Position numbers and translations under genes: made by a program
Part shown: positions 39,793 to 49,576 of the stretch, piece after piece
How positions within the stretch are numbered: the first letter of the stretch is position 1
Layout: every line of letters begins with the position of its first letter
Notes under the pieces: model-generated
Seen by the model: the letters and a program-made list of their open reading frames with translations, nothing else
What the model was told of the DNA's origin: nothing
Database searches by the model: none
Assembly: GCA_037388025.1 (NCBI GenBank)
Contig: JARRKO010000001.1
Span: forward strand, 32,473 to 96,472
Direction: 5' to 3'
DNA length: 64,000 nt
From: Syntrophobacterales bacterium
Lineage (GTDB): Bacteria > Desulfobacterota > Desulfobaccia > Desulfobaccales > 0-14-0-80-60-11

Positions 39793-39817
39793 ATTTAAAT
39801 CAAAATTAGGAGTGAGC

Positions 39818-40393
39818 ATGGACCTGTATGAAGCCATTCTGAACCGGCGCAGTCACCGGTTTTATAAGTCTGAGATGCCGCCCCGGGAGGTCCTGGAACG
39901 GGTGATCAACGCCGGGTTGTGGGCCCCGTCCGGCACCAATGCCCAGCCCTGGGAAATTACCGTACTGGCCGGGAGCTACCGGGACGAATTCGTGGAACGG
40001 GCCGCCCACTGCATCGCACACATGCGGACCATCCTCAAAGAGGCCAATCTGCCGGAAAAAGGCCAGGACATGGTCATAAAATTCTTCCAGAACCTGGGCG
40101 GGGCGCCGGTGGTGCTCGCGGTGACCATCGAAAAGCTTGAGGACCCCGGCATGATGGAAGCCTTCATCCAGTCCGGCGCGGCCTGCATGCAAAACCTCCT
40201 CCTGGCGGCCCACGCCGAGGGTTTGGGCACCTGCTGGATGACCGGACCTAACTTTGTGGCCAATGAGCTGCTGGACTACCTGGGGAAACCCGACAAGCAC
40301 CTGCTGGCCATCACCCCCATCGGCTACTCCGCCAAGGAACCACCCATACCACCCCGCAAAGAACGGGAAATCCGCTGGCTGGGGTTTGAATAA
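39818..40393 (+). CDS. Nitroreductase-family protein
   Basis: [16 protein letters not shown]..., with AGGAG 5 nt upstream of the ATG. Confidence 0.85.
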   Translation: MDLYEAILNRRSHRFYKSEMPPREVLERVINAGLWAPSGTNAQPWEITVLAGSYRDEFVERAAHCIAHMRTILKEANLPEKGQDMVIKFFQNLGGAPVVLAVTIEKLEDPGMMEAFIQSGAACMQNLLLAAHAEGLGTCWMTGPNFVANELLDYLGKPDKHLLAITPIGYSAKEPPIPPRKEREIRWLGFE

Positions 40394-40440
40394 TTGTTGT
40401 CCCCTCCCCCACTCCATCACGAACTAAACGGAGAGAAGGT

Positions 40441-41682
40441 GTGAAATCGGTTACAGAGCAGATGGCCCTCATCAAGAAGGGTTGTCAGGAAATCATTCGG
40501 GAAGAAGAGCTCAAAGAGAAGTTGGAGAAATCTTTGGCCAGCGGCAAACCCCTCAGGGTGAAGGCCGGGTTTGATCCCACCGCGCCGGATCTGCATATCG
40601 GGCATACGGTGCTCATTCAGAAGCTCAAGCATTTTCAGGACTTGGGGCACCAGGTGATTTTTCTCATCGGAGATTTCACCGGGCTCATCGGCGACCCTTC
40701 CGGGAAAAGCGAGACCAGGCCGCCTTTGACAGAGGAAGAGGTCAAGGCCAACGCCGCCACTTACGAGCGCCAGATTTTCAAGGTACTGGATCGGGAAAAA
40801 ACCGTCATCGATTTTAACAGTCGCTGGATGAAGCCCATGTTGGCCCAGGACCTCATCCGGCTGGCGGCCCGGCACACCGTGGCCCGCATGCTGGAGCGGG
40901 ATGATTTTCATAAACGCCAGGTGTCTCAGACTCCCATTGCCATTCATGAGTTCCTCTACCCTCTGATCCAGGCTTATGATTCAGTGGCTTTGGAGGCCGA
41001 TGTGGAGTTGGGGGGCACGGACCAGAAGTTCAACCTCCTAGTGGGCCGGGACATCCAGCGGGAATACGGCCAGGAGCCCCAGATCGTCATTACCCTGCCG
41101 CTCCTGGAGGGCCTGGACGGGGTGCAGAAGATGAGCAAATCCCTGGGTAACTATGTGGGCATCGATGAGCCGCCGGATAAGATGTTCGGCAAAATGATGT
41201 CCGTGCCGGACTCGCTGATGCTGCGATATTATGAACTGCTAAGTGACATCAGCCCCGAGGATTTGGCCAAGCTGACCCGGGATTTGAAGAGCGGCGCCAA
41301 GCACCCCCGGGACGCCAAGGAGGAGTTGGCCCGGGAAATCACCGCCCGCTACCACGGGGCCGCGGCGGCGGCGGAAGAAGCCAGGGAATTTGACAGAGTG
41401 TTTCGGAAACATGAGATTCGGGAAAATGTTGAATCAGTTGAGAGGTCTTTAAATCCTAAGGCCGAGAAGTGCGTTGAGTCTCCATGGATAGCTCATGTTA
41501 TGGTATCAATTGGTACTTCGGCAACAACTTCGCAGGCTTTGCGGCTAATAGATCAAGGGGCTGTCAGAATTGAGAGGGAAAAGGTTACTGACAGAAAACT
41601 AGAAGTACCTGTAGATAGAACTTTTTTACTGCAAGTCGGTAAAAAACAGTTTAAGCGTGTAACGATAAAAACCGATAGGTAA
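40441..41682 (+). CDS. tyrS: Tyrosyl-tRNA synthetase (with C-terminal S4-like domain)
   Basis: 413-aa ORF. HIGH PDLHIGH and KMSKS. The last ~280 nt drop to about 40 % GC. Confidence 0.95.
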   Translation: MKSVTEQMALIKKGCQEIIREEELKEKLEKSLASGKPLRVKAGFDPTAPDLHIGHTVLIQKLKHFQDLGHQVIFLIGDFTGLIGDPSGKSETRPPLTEEEVKANAATYERQIFKVLDREKTVIDFNSRWMKPMLAQDLIRLAARHTVARMLERDDFHKRQVSQTPIAIHEFLYPLIQAYDSVALEADVELGGTDQKFNLLVGRDIQREYGQEPQIVITLPLLEGLDGVQKMSKSLGNYVGIDEPPDKMFGKMMSVPDSLMLRYYELLSDISPEDLAKLTRDLKSGAKHPRDAKEELAREITARYHGAAAAAEEAREFDRVFRKHEIRENVESVERSLNPKAEKCVESPWIAHVMVSIGTSATTSQALRLIDQGAVRIEREKVTDRKLEVPVDRTFLLQVGKKQFKRVTIKTDR

Positions 41683-41963
41683 GGAAAGAACCTGCAGGTT
41701 CTGAAGCTATTTCAGTCTGTCATGGGAGCGGGATGCCTCGCCGGCCAGACCCTATCAAGGCCAGTTTATGGGCCGGCCTCATCTACCTATGGGTGTGCCT
41801 ATCCGCCGGCGACCTTCTATGAGTACTGGGATTTGGAACGGCCCCAGGGCAAGAGTGCCTGGGTGCTCCAGGACATCCGCGAGGCATGAGAATAAAGATA
41901 GTCAGTGGTGATACTGACGCGCCCAGCCTCTGAAGCAACCCATTATGCCCTAACACTTATAAT

Positions 41964-41998
41964 CAGTTCAAAGTTCAAGGTTCAAAGTTCAAAGTCAG
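41964..41998. repeat. Heptamer array (CAGTTCA AAGTTCA AGGTTCA AAGTTCA AAGTCAG)
   Basis: Direct reading in the convergent tyrS/ddl spacer. Confidence 0.85.
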
Positions 41999-42056
41999 AA
42001 TGAAGCTCCTCGCCAGGACCAAATTCTAAGTCAACCCTGATACGCAAACATCCCGA

Positions 42057-42989
42057 TCAATCCTGTTCCAGGGCTAATTCAATCAAAGTGTCCAGGAGTT
42101 GAGGGAATTCCAGCCCCATGGCCTGGGCCGCCTGGGGAAAGAGACTAGTGGCGGTCATGCCTGGAATGGTATTGGTTTCCAGCACATAGATTTCCCCGTC
42201 CCTGACGATCATGTCAGTGCGGCTGTAGCCCCGGCAGTGTAAGGCCCGGTGCGCGATGACCGCGATCTCCTGGGCCTTTTTGGTGATTTCCGGGCTTACC
42301 CGGGCCGGGCAAATCTCCGTGGACGCCCCGGGCTTATACTTAGCCTCGTAATCAAAAAAATCGTAATGGTCCGAAGGGATGATTTCCACCAGAGGCAAGG
42401 CCGTGAGCTTGGCATTCCCCAAGACCCCGCCGGTGACCTCCACCCCCTCCAGGAACTCCTCCACCAGAATGCGGTGATCATACGGGAAGGCCGCGTCCAG
42501 ACCTTTTTGTAGTTCCTCCAGGGTGCGGGCCTTGGTGACCCCGATACTGGAACCTTCGTTTACCGGCTTGATAACCACCGGCAGTCCGAGCCGAGCTTCG
42601 ATTTCCCGGGGGTCCGGGGCCTCCTCTTTGGTAAAAAACATGGCCTGGCTTACTTTAAGCCCGGCCTGTTGATACAACATCTTGCTGAGTTCTTTGTTCA
42701 TGCCTATGGCGCTGCCCAACACTCCCGACCCCTGGTAGGGGATTTCCAGGAGGTCCAACATGCCCTGGAGGGTGCCGTCCTCCCCGCCCCGACCGTGCAT
42801 GATCACCAAGGCGACGTCCAGGTCCGGGGCGTCCCGCACCAAACGTTCCAGGTCATCTCTGGGGTCATAGCGGCGGACGTCATATTTGTCTTTATTCAGG
42901 GCCTGGTAAACCTGTTCGCCGCTTTTTAACGATACGTCCCGCTCGGCGGATTTGCCGCCGGCAATGAGGGCAAGGGTCAGCTTGCTCAT
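42057..42989 (-). CDS. ddl: D-alanine--D-alanine ligase
   Basis: 310-aa ORF with an ATP-grasp fold. Begins LIAGGKSAERDVSL and ends with NTIPGMT. Confidence 0.95.
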   Translation of the reverse strand: MSKLTLALIAGGKSAERDVSLKSGEQVYQALNKDKYDVRRYDPRDDLERLVRDAPDLDVALVIMHGRGGEDGTLQGMLDLLEIPYQGSGVLGSAIGMNKELSKMLYQQAGLKVSQAMFFTKEEAPDPREIEARLGLPVVIKPVNEGSSIGVTKARTLEELQKGLDAAFPYDHRILVEEFLEGVEVTGGVLGNAKLTALPLVEIIPSDHYDFFDYEAKYKPGASTEICPARVSPEITKKAQEIAVIAHRALHCRGYSRTDMIVRDGEIYVLETNTIPGMTATSLFPQAAQAMGLEFPQLLDTLIELALEQD

Positions 42990-43564
42990 AGTTCCTCCCT
43001 GGCATAATTGAGTTTAAGCAGGTCCGCAGGGGTGAAATTCAAATGGAAAAACAATTTGGTTTCCAATCTCCGGGCTTTTTCTTCCAGAGCGGCCAGGCGG
43101 CGCCGGGCCTCCTCGCTTTTGGCATAGCGCTCCCGAAGGTCGGCAAACCGGTCGGCCAACGTCACCACCTGGGTGTGCAGCACTCGTTTATCGGCATAAT
43201 TGACTATTTCCGCTTCCCGAATGACGGATGGGTCTTCCCCGTCGACGGTGACAATGTGTTCCCGCACCAGGCCGGACACCTCGAGGTAGCCCATGGCGTT
43301 GACCATCTGGGCTCCCCATTCGGCATGATTCCGGGAGGTGCCCAGGCAGGGGGTTTTGCCGATGTCGTGCAGCAAGGCACCCGCCTCGATAAGGGGCAGG
43401 TGCAGGGGAACACCGGCCCCCTGCAAAGAAGTCCCCAGCCGCAGGGCCACAGCCGTCACCAGGAGGGAGTGCTCCCGGATATGGGGCAACATATGGTATT
43501 GCTCCATCAGCGCCAGGCAGTCGGTGCGGGTGGGGATGACGATTTCCTTGAAGTTCCAGGTCAT
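42986..43564 (-). CDS. HD-domain phosphohydrolase
   Basis: Start re-picked at MTWNFKEIV. Contains LLHDIGK. Its stop overlaps the ddl start by 4 nt. Confidence 0.7.
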   Translation of the reverse strand: MTWNFKEIVIPTRTDCLALMEQYHMLPHIREHSLLVTAVALRLGTSLQGAGVPLHLPLIEAGALLHDIGKTPCLGTSRNHAEWGAQMVNAMGYLEVSGLVREHIVTVDGEDPSVIREAEIVNYADKRVLHTQVVTLADRFADLRERYAKSEEARRRLAALEEKARRLETKLFFHLNFTPADLLKLNYAREEL

Positions 43565-43571
43565 GTTGCCT

Positions 43572-44057
43572 TTAAGCCACCGCGGCCACCAGGACCACAG
43601 CATACGCGGCGATGCCTTCCTCCCGGCCGGCGAACCCCATTTTTTCGGTGCTGGTGGCCTTGATGCTCACTGCTTCCGGGGCCAGGCCCAAAATGGGGGC
43701 GAGATTGTCAATCATCTGGGGTATATGAGGAGCCAGGCGCGGTTGTTCCGCCACCACCGTCACGTCCACATTCACCGGCTGAAAGCCCCGGGCTTGCACC
43801 ACGGTCATGATGCGCTCCAGGAGAATCAAGCTGGAAATACCCTGATAGGCCGGGTCGCTGTCCGGAAAGTGCCGCCCCAAATCTCCGGCGGCCACCGCGC
43901 CCAACAGGGCGTCCCCCAAAGCATGGATCAGGACATCAGCGTCAGAGTGGCCGCTCAGCCCCACGGGATGCAAAATTTCCACGCCTCCCAACACCAGGGG
44001 GCGGCCGGGTGTCAACCGGTGGGCGTCATAACCAAAGCCGATTCGCATCATCTTCAT
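43572..44057 (-). CDS. ispF: 2-C-methyl-D-erythritol 2,4-cyclodiphosphate synthase
   Basis: 161-aa ORF with GFGYDAHRL and HSDADVLIHALGDALLGA. Confidence 0.95.
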   Translation of the reverse strand: MKMMRIGFGYDAHRLTPGRPLVLGGVEILHPVGLSGHSDADVLIHALGDALLGAVAAGDLGRHFPDSDPAYQGISSLILLERIMTVVQARGFQPVNVDVTVVAEQPRLAPHIPQMIDNLAPILGLAPEAVSIKATSTEKMGFAGREEGIAAYAVVLVAAVA

Positions 44058-44752
44058 TGTCTGCAGGCCAGGAAGGCCTCTGCCATTTTCAAATCATCTC
44101 GGGTGGTTATCTTCAAATTCAGAGGAGAGCCCGGCACCATCATCACCGGTTTTCCCAGAGCCTCCACCAGCGCGGCCTCGTCAGTGGCATAAAATCCCCG
44201 GCTCATGGCCTCCTGATAGGCCTGCCAGAGAAGAGTCGCCCGGAAGCCCTGGGGGGTCTGGACTTGCCAGAGTTCCCGGCGGTCCACGGTGTCAAGCACC
44301 TCCTTGCGGGAGCTTACCCGCTTTAAGGTATCCTGACAGGGAATCCCCAGGATGGCGGCCCCATGGCGCCGGGCCGCGGCCACCACCTGTCCCACCAGGA
44401 TCGGGGTCACCAGGGGCCGCACCCCATCGTGGACCAGGATTACCTCTAGTGCCTCCGCTTCCTTTTTCAGAATCTTCAGGGCATTATACACGCTGTCCTG
44501 ACGCTCCTTGCCCCCGGGCACCACCCGCAGGACCTTTTTCAAAGGGTGGGGGGCCAGGATCTCCTCCTGGCAAAACTCCAGGTCCTCAGGATGCACCACC
44601 ACCAGCACTTCATGCACCTCGGGGACTTTCTCGAAAACTTCCAGGGTGTGGATGAGAATGGGTTTCCCCGCCAGAGACAGGTAGGTTTTCGGGATGTCCT
44701 GCTGCATGCGCCGGCCTAAACCGGCGGCCGCGATGATGGCAGCCACCCTCAT
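44054..44752 (-). CDS. ispD: 2-C-methyl-D-erythritol 4-phosphate cytidylyltransferase
   Basis: Start re-picked at MRVAAIIAAAGLGRRM. It overlaps the arnD-like stop (ATGA) and the ispF start (4 nt). Confidence 0.92.
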   Translation of the reverse strand: MRVAAIIAAAGLGRRMQQDIPKTYLSLAGKPILIHTLEVFEKVPEVHEVLVVVHPEDLEFCQEEILAPHPLKKVLRVVPGGKERQDSVYNALKILKKEAEALEVILVHDGVRPLVTPILVGQVVAAARRHGAAILGIPCQDTLKRVSSRKEVLDTVDRRELWQVQTPQGFRATLLWQAYQEAMSRGFYATDEAALVEALGKPVMMVPGSPLNLKITTRDDLKMAEAFLACRQ

Positions 44753-45669
44753 GACCGGGCCTCCGGCCTGCCCTGGCGGGAAACCGTGCCGGCCCGTCCC
44801 GGAAGGCGGCCCTGAAAAACCGGAGCAGCAGGAATGTCTTGGGGGCACTTAAGGAGCTCTTGAGCCCAGTCTGTCAAGCGGAAAAAGACCACATCTTGAG
44901 CCAAACAGAGGTCCAGGAAGCGGGCGAAGGCCTCTTTAAAGGGTCCTCCCTCCAACTCGGCATGGATAGTGAGGACCTGGGGCGCGCCCTTTTCCAGACG
45001 GGAGAGGATGAGGGAGGAGAAATCATCCGGAGTGCAGCCGTGAAAACCCAACAGTTCATCCAGGGTGGGCAGGGTGGTGGGAATCTCCAGACACGAGGTT
45101 GTTTGGTCTGCGAATCGTGGCCAAAAAGGCGAGAATCCCCGGGTGTCAATTGCATAAAATAAACCCTGGGCCGCCAGCACGGCCCGGCTTGCCGCGGTGC
45201 ACTGCCAGCCCGGCGCGGCAAAGGCCCGGGCCTGAACTCCTAAAGCTTCGGCGAAGGCTGCCTGGGCTCGGCTCACCTCCCGGCTCACTTCCTCGACCCC
45301 CATGATAGACAAATGATCATGCCAGCGCACATGATCATAACCATGCAAACCCACCTCATGCCCGGTGGCCCTGATTTCAGAAAGAATCTCCGGGGCTGCG
45401 GCGCCGATCAACGGCCCCGGCAGCAAGATCCCGTACAGCATGGTCTTTATACCGTAAATAGCCGGAGCCCGGGTGCGGCACATTTTCTCCAGAAAACCCC
45501 GCTGCCGAAACAAACGCAAAATCGCCCGGCCCGAATGATCCGGCCCCAAGGATACATAAAAGGAGGCCTTGATGCCCCGCTCTCCCAATGCCTTGAGCAG
45601 AGCCGGCACTCCCTTTCTAAACCCCTCCAACGTGTCAACGTCTACTTTGACGCCTAACCGTCCGCCCAA
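44749..45669 (-). CDS. arnD: Polysaccharide deacetylase, ArnD-like (4-deoxy-4-formamido-L-arabinose-phosphoundecaprenol deformylase)
   Basis: 306-aa ORF. GVKVDVDTLEGFRKGVP, FYVSLGPD and TIHAELEGG run parallel to E. coli ArnD (from recall). Confidence 0.82.
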   Translation of the reverse strand: MGGRLGVKVDVDTLEGFRKGVPALLKALGERGIKASFYVSLGPDHSGRAILRLFRQRGFLEKMCRTRAPAIYGIKTMLYGILLPGPLIGAAAPEILSEIRATGHEVGLHGYDHVRWHDHLSIMGVEEVSREVSRAQAAFAEALGVQARAFAAPGWQCTAASRAVLAAQGLFYAIDTRGFSPFWPRFADQTTSCLEIPTTLPTLDELLGFHGCTPDDFSSLILSRLEKGAPQVLTIHAELEGGPFKEAFARFLDLCLAQDVVFFRLTDWAQELLKCPQDIPAAPVFQGRLPGRAGTVSRQGRPEARS

Positions 45670-45790
45670 CTGTTCTCCACGGATAAGTTGTCGGCTCTGA
45701 CCGGGCCGCCCTCGTTAAAGATAAACCATCCAGGGGTTAAACTTCTAACTAATTCCACCCTTGGACGGAGAGTTTCTTCGCAGATGCCAA

Positions 45791-46477
45791 CTAATGCGAG
45801 GCCATCACCTTTAACATCCGGTTCCCCCCTTTCTGGAACTCATAGGGGACCGACTCTATTTCCACGCTGAACCCATCTTTTTCCAGTTGCCTCATGACCG
45901 GATCAAGGTGGCGGGAAGGGCGGGACCCCAGTTCCAGGATGGGAAAAATCCTGGTCTCCAACGCTACCCGACAAAGCTCTTTTATTGACGCTAAGTGAAA
46001 CTCCATAGAGAGTTGCTCACTATAAAGGAACAAAAAATGGGAACACAGGGCTAAGTCGAATTCACCCTTTCCAAAAGGCAGCTCCGGCAGGCCGGCCTCG
46101 CGGTACCGACCTTCCCCCCGGCCGTTGGAATAATCGGACAAAAATTCTTCCATGGCCGACATCCGCAACCGGCCCAACTCCTCCACGGAGTGAATTTGCC
46201 TCCAGATAAATTCCGCGGCGTTCTTTCTCGTTTGTTCCAGTACCGTCTCGAAGGTTTCCGCAATCCTTTGTCTTATTTCCGTGGCGGTGAAACGATAGAG
46301 GGGGTCTACCGAGATGACGTTTCCCCCCAGCTTTGACAGGACTGCGTTAAACGAGGCTGGACCATCCCCAACTCCGAGGATGCGTTTATCAAAATCTCCT
46401 TCGGACAGGACGAACATCTTCACATATTCCGGGAAAGACCTGCCCCAAGGCACCACTCTATCGAGACTGAACGCCAC
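45791..46477 (-). CDS. Class I SAM-dependent methyltransferase
   Basis: 228-aa ORF with ILGVGDGPASF, DLALCSHFLFLYS and VPYEFQKGGNRML. GC is lower than in the neighbours. Confidence 0.62.
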   Translation of the reverse strand: MAFSLDRVVPWGRSFPEYVKMFVLSEGDFDKRILGVGDGPASFNAVLSKLGGNVISVDPLYRFTATEIRQRIAETFETVLEQTRKNAAEFIWRQIHSVEELGRLRMSAMEEFLSDYSNGRGEGRYREAGLPELPFGKGEFDLALCSHFLFLYSEQLSMEFHLASIKELCRVALETRIFPILELGSRPSRHLDPVMRQLEKDGFSVEIESVPYEFQKGGNRMLKVMASH

Positions 46478-46494
46478 TTCTCAATCTTTGCCAG

Positions 46495-47526
46495 CTAAAC
46501 TCCCGTGTTCCGGACCTCCTCCAGGAAGGCGTCCAGGGTGACCTTGAGGGAGGTGGTCAAGTCGGTTTGGGGATTCCAGCCCAGGAGGTGCCGGGCCTTT
46601 TCGATGGACGGTTTGCGAGTCAGGATATCCTGATAACCCTGGCCATAATACGAGTCTGCCGAAGTCTCTATGATTTCGGAATAAGACCCATCGTTCACGT
46701 GGTCCGGATGCTGGCGGAAAAGATCCCGTAGGAGGTAAGCCAACTCTTTTACCGAGGCTTCGTTAGCTGGATTGCCGATGTTGAAAATCTGGCCGTCCGC
46801 CACCCCGCCGGGGTTCTCAATGATGGTCATGAGGCAATCGATGCCGTCTTCCACGTAAGTGAAACAGCGTTTTTGGAAGCCCCCGTCCACCAGTTTGATG
46901 GGCTCCCCTTGGATGAGGTTCAGGATGAACTGGGTCACCACCCGGGAGCTCCCTTCTTTGGCGGCATAGAGATCGTCCAGCTTGGGGCCGATCCAATTGA
47001 AGGGGCGGAATAAACTGAATTGTAGGCTGCCTTCCTGGCCGTAGGCCCAAATGACCCGGTCCAGAAGCTGCTTGCTGCAGGCATAGATCCAGCGCTGCTT
47101 GTGAATGGGTCCCAGAACCATGGGGCTTTGGTCTTCGAAGAACTCCCCGTCGGCGCACATGCCATAGACCTCGGAGGTGGAAGGGAAGATGATACGGGTG
47201 CCATATTTGACGCACTGGCGCACGATCCGCAGATTTTCCTCAAAGTCCAGTTCGAAGACGGCCAGGGGTTTTTTCACATAGGTCATGGGGGTGGCGATGG
47301 CCACCAGAGGCAGGGCTACGTCGCACTTCTTGATATGGTATTCGATCCACTCTTTGTTAATGGCAATGTCCCCTTCTAGGTAGTGGAAGTGTGGGTTGCC
47401 CAGGCATTCCGTAATTTTATTGGAATGGAGGTCCATGCCGAAGACCTCCCAGTCCCGGGTGGCCAGGATGCGCCGCACCAGGGCATTGCCGATGAAGCCG
47501 TTGACGCCGAGAATGAGGATTTTCAT
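46495..47526 (-). CDS. UDP-glucuronate oxidative decarboxylase (ArnA C-terminal-domain homologue, stand-alone)
   Basis: 343-aa [45 protein letters not shown] and [13 protein letters not shown] closely parallel the E. coli ArnA C-domain. Confidence 0.88.
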   Translation of the reverse strand: MKILILGVNGFIGNALVRRILATRDWEVFGMDLHSNKITECLGNPHFHYLEGDIAINKEWIEYHIKKCDVALPLVAIATPMTYVKKPLAVFELDFEENLRIVRQCVKYGTRIIFPSTSEVYGMCADGEFFEDQSPMVLGPIHKQRWIYACSKQLLDRVIWAYGQEGSLQFSLFRPFNWIGPKLDDLYAAKEGSSRVVTQFILNLIQGEPIKLVDGGFQKRCFTYVEDGIDCLMTIIENPGGVADGQIFNIGNPANEASVKELAYLLRDLFRQHPDHVNDGSYSEIIETSADSYYGQGYQDILTRKPSIEKARHLLGWNPQTDLTTSLKVTLDAFLEEVRNTGV

Positions 47527-47584
47527 AGATTATTTAGGTTATTGAACAGAGGTTGCTAAGGTAAGCTGAATTCATTTTTTCCTT

Positions 47585-48526
47585 TTAACCCAGCACCTTC
47601 CCCACCAAGTCCTTCCAATTTGCCACCACGGGCCCTAAAAACTCCGGCTCTCCCTCCCATTGGGCCCGCTCGATGAGAAACTGGCCGCTGCCGGTGGCCA
47701 CCAGCAAGCCCTCTCCCAGGAGGCGCGCCACGATCTGACCGGGGACAGCAGCGGGCGCCACCGGTTCGGCCAGGGGCCGGCCCCACCAGATGAAGAACCG
47801 GTGCCCGCCCAGAGAGGTGAAGGCGCCGGGGTAGGGGAGCGTCACGGCCCGTACCAGATTATAAATCTCCCGGGCGGGCTTGGTCCAGTCGATGCGTCCG
47901 TCTTCGGGTCGCCGTCCCCCGAAATACGAGGCCTGGGAGTGGTCCTGAGGCATCCGGGGGGCCTGGCCGGTGCGCAGCAAAGGGTAGGTGTCCCGCAAAA
48001 GTTCTTCGGCGGCCACGGTCATACGGGCGAAGAGTGTCAGGGCCGTGTCGCTGCCAGTGATAGGCACCCGTCTTTGAGCCACGATGTCGCCGCGGTCGGC
48101 CTTCTCTTCCATGTAGTGGAGGGTCATGCCCGTTTCCTCTTCGCCGTGGACCAAGACCCAATTTATCGGCACCCGGCCCCGGTATTTGGGAAGAAGGCTG
48201 CCGTGCATATTGAGGGCCCCCTGTTTCGGGAGGTCGAGCAGGGGCTTTTTCAGCATGTGCCGGTAGTAGCAGGAGAAAAGGAAGTCAGGTTCGAGGCCTC
48301 GCATGGCCTCCACGAAGGCAGTATGGTTGGGGTCCTCCGGCTGGTACACCGGCAGATTATTCTGGAAGGCCAGGTCCCTAACCTGTGCGAACCAGATATT
48401 CTCCTGGGGATTGTCCACATGGGTCACCACCGCCACAATCTTATCCCCGAAGTCCCGGCACATGTCGATGAGGGCCTTCAAACAGAAGTAACCGATATTG
48501 TGGTAGCCCATGAAGATGAGACGCAT
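47585..48526 (-). CDS. Formyltransferase (ArnA N-terminal-domain homologue, stand-alone)
   Basis: 313-aa ORF with the formyl-transferase motif NMHGSLLPKYRGRVPINW. Confidence 0.85.
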   Translation of the reverse strand: MRLIFMGYHNIGYFCLKALIDMCRDFGDKIVAVVTHVDNPQENIWFAQVRDLAFQNNLPVYQPEDPNHTAFVEAMRGLEPDFLFSCYYRHMLKKPLLDLPKQGALNMHGSLLPKYRGRVPINWVLVHGEEETGMTLHYMEEKADRGDIVAQRRVPITGSDTALTLFARMTVAAEELLRDTYPLLRTGQAPRMPQDHSQASYFGGRRPEDGRIDWTKPAREIYNLVRAVTLPYPGAFTSLGGHRFFIWWGRPLAEPVAPAAVPGQIVARLLGEGLLVATGSGQFLIERAQWEGEPEFLGPVVANWKDLVGKVLG

Positions 48527-48538
48527 AACGAAAAACAG

Positions 48539-49537
48539 TTATTCTGTTCTGTTACTATCCAGCGTCTGCCGAATAATAAACCGCGGCCGGCCCCGGACTT
48601 CGTTATAGATGCGGCCCACATAGGCGCCGATGAGGGCCAGGCCGAAGGTATTGAGCCCCACGAAGACAAAAAGGATGGCGAACAGGGTGAAGACCCCCTC
48701 TACTTCGGGCCCTACCACCAACCGGCGTACGAAGAGGAAGAGGCCGAAGAGAAATCCCAACAGGGCAATGGCCACGCCCATGGCCCCCACCACGTGTATG
48801 GGCAGGTGGGAAAAGCCGGTCATGAGGTCGAAGTTCAGGCGCAGGAGTTTAAACAGGTTGTATTTGGATTTGCCCCGTTCCCGCTCGGCGTGGCCCACGG
48901 GAATCTCCGCCACCCGGTGGGAAAAGAGGTTGGCCAAGGCTGGGATGAAGCTGGATGACTCCTGGCATTGATTGATGCTGTCCACCACTTCCCGGCGATA
49001 GGCCCGCAGCATACAGCCGTAGTCCTTGAGTTTGACCCCGGTAACCCAGGACATGGTGCGGTTCATGAGATAGGAGGGGATACGCCTGAGCCAGGAATCC
49101 AGGCGGTTCTCCCGCCAGCCTCCCACGGTGTCATAGCCTTCCTCCAACTTGACCACCAGTTTGGGGATGTCTTCCGGCAGGTTCTGGAGGTCGGCGTCCA
49201 GGGTAACGATGATCTGGCCCCGGGCGGCCTGAAAACCGGCGAAGATGGCCTGATGCTGGCCGAAATTGCGGAAGAACTGCACCGCCCGGATGTGCTCCGG
49301 CTGTCGCTGGTGCAGGTCAGTGAGCATCTCCCAGGAGCGGTCGCTGGAGCCGTCGTCCACAAAAATGATTTCGAAAGACCGGCCGTGAGCTGTCAGAGTG
49401 GCCAACAGGCGCTCGCTCAGCTCCGCCAGGTTCTCTTGTTCGTTGTAAGCCGGGATAACCACGGAGATATAAGGGGCAGGTGCCGCCTTGGAGGCGGGCA
49501 GGGCCGCGCTGGAGGGAATCATGCCTGGTTCGCGCAA
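48539..49537 (-). CDS. arnC: Undecaprenyl-phosphate 4-deoxy-4-formamido-L-arabinose transferase (ArnC-like GT2)
   Basis: 332-aa ORF with SVVIPAYNEQENL, VDDGSSD, TLDADLQN and DYGCMLRAYRR. Two C-terminal TM helices. Confidence 0.87.
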   Translation of the reverse strand: MREPGMIPSSAALPASKAAPAPYISVVIPAYNEQENLAELSERLLATLTAHGRSFEIIFVDDGSSDRSWEMLTDLHQRQPEHIRAVQFFRNFGQHQAIFAGFQAARGQIIVTLDADLQNLPEDIPKLVVKLEEGYDTVGGWRENRLDSWLRRIPSYLMNRTMSWVTGVKLKDYGCMLRAYRREVVDSINQCQESSSFIPALANLFSHRVAEIPVGHAERERGKSKYNLFKLLRLNFDLMTGFSHLPIHVVGAMGVAIALLGFLFGLFLFVRRLVVGPEVEGVFTLFAILFVFVGLNTFGLALIGAYVGRIYNEVRGRPRFIIRQTLDSNRTE

Positions 49538-49576
49538 GGGAAAATGTCAGCCCTTAGCTGGAAAATATAAAAATAA

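Noticed and set aside
41687-41702. Perfect 16-bp palindrome AGAACCTGCAGGTTCT after tyrS, considered as a terminator.
   Set aside because: It has no loop and no T-tract. It is more likely a protein-binding or recombination-junction palindrome, and it is mentioned under the tyrS mosaic finding instead.
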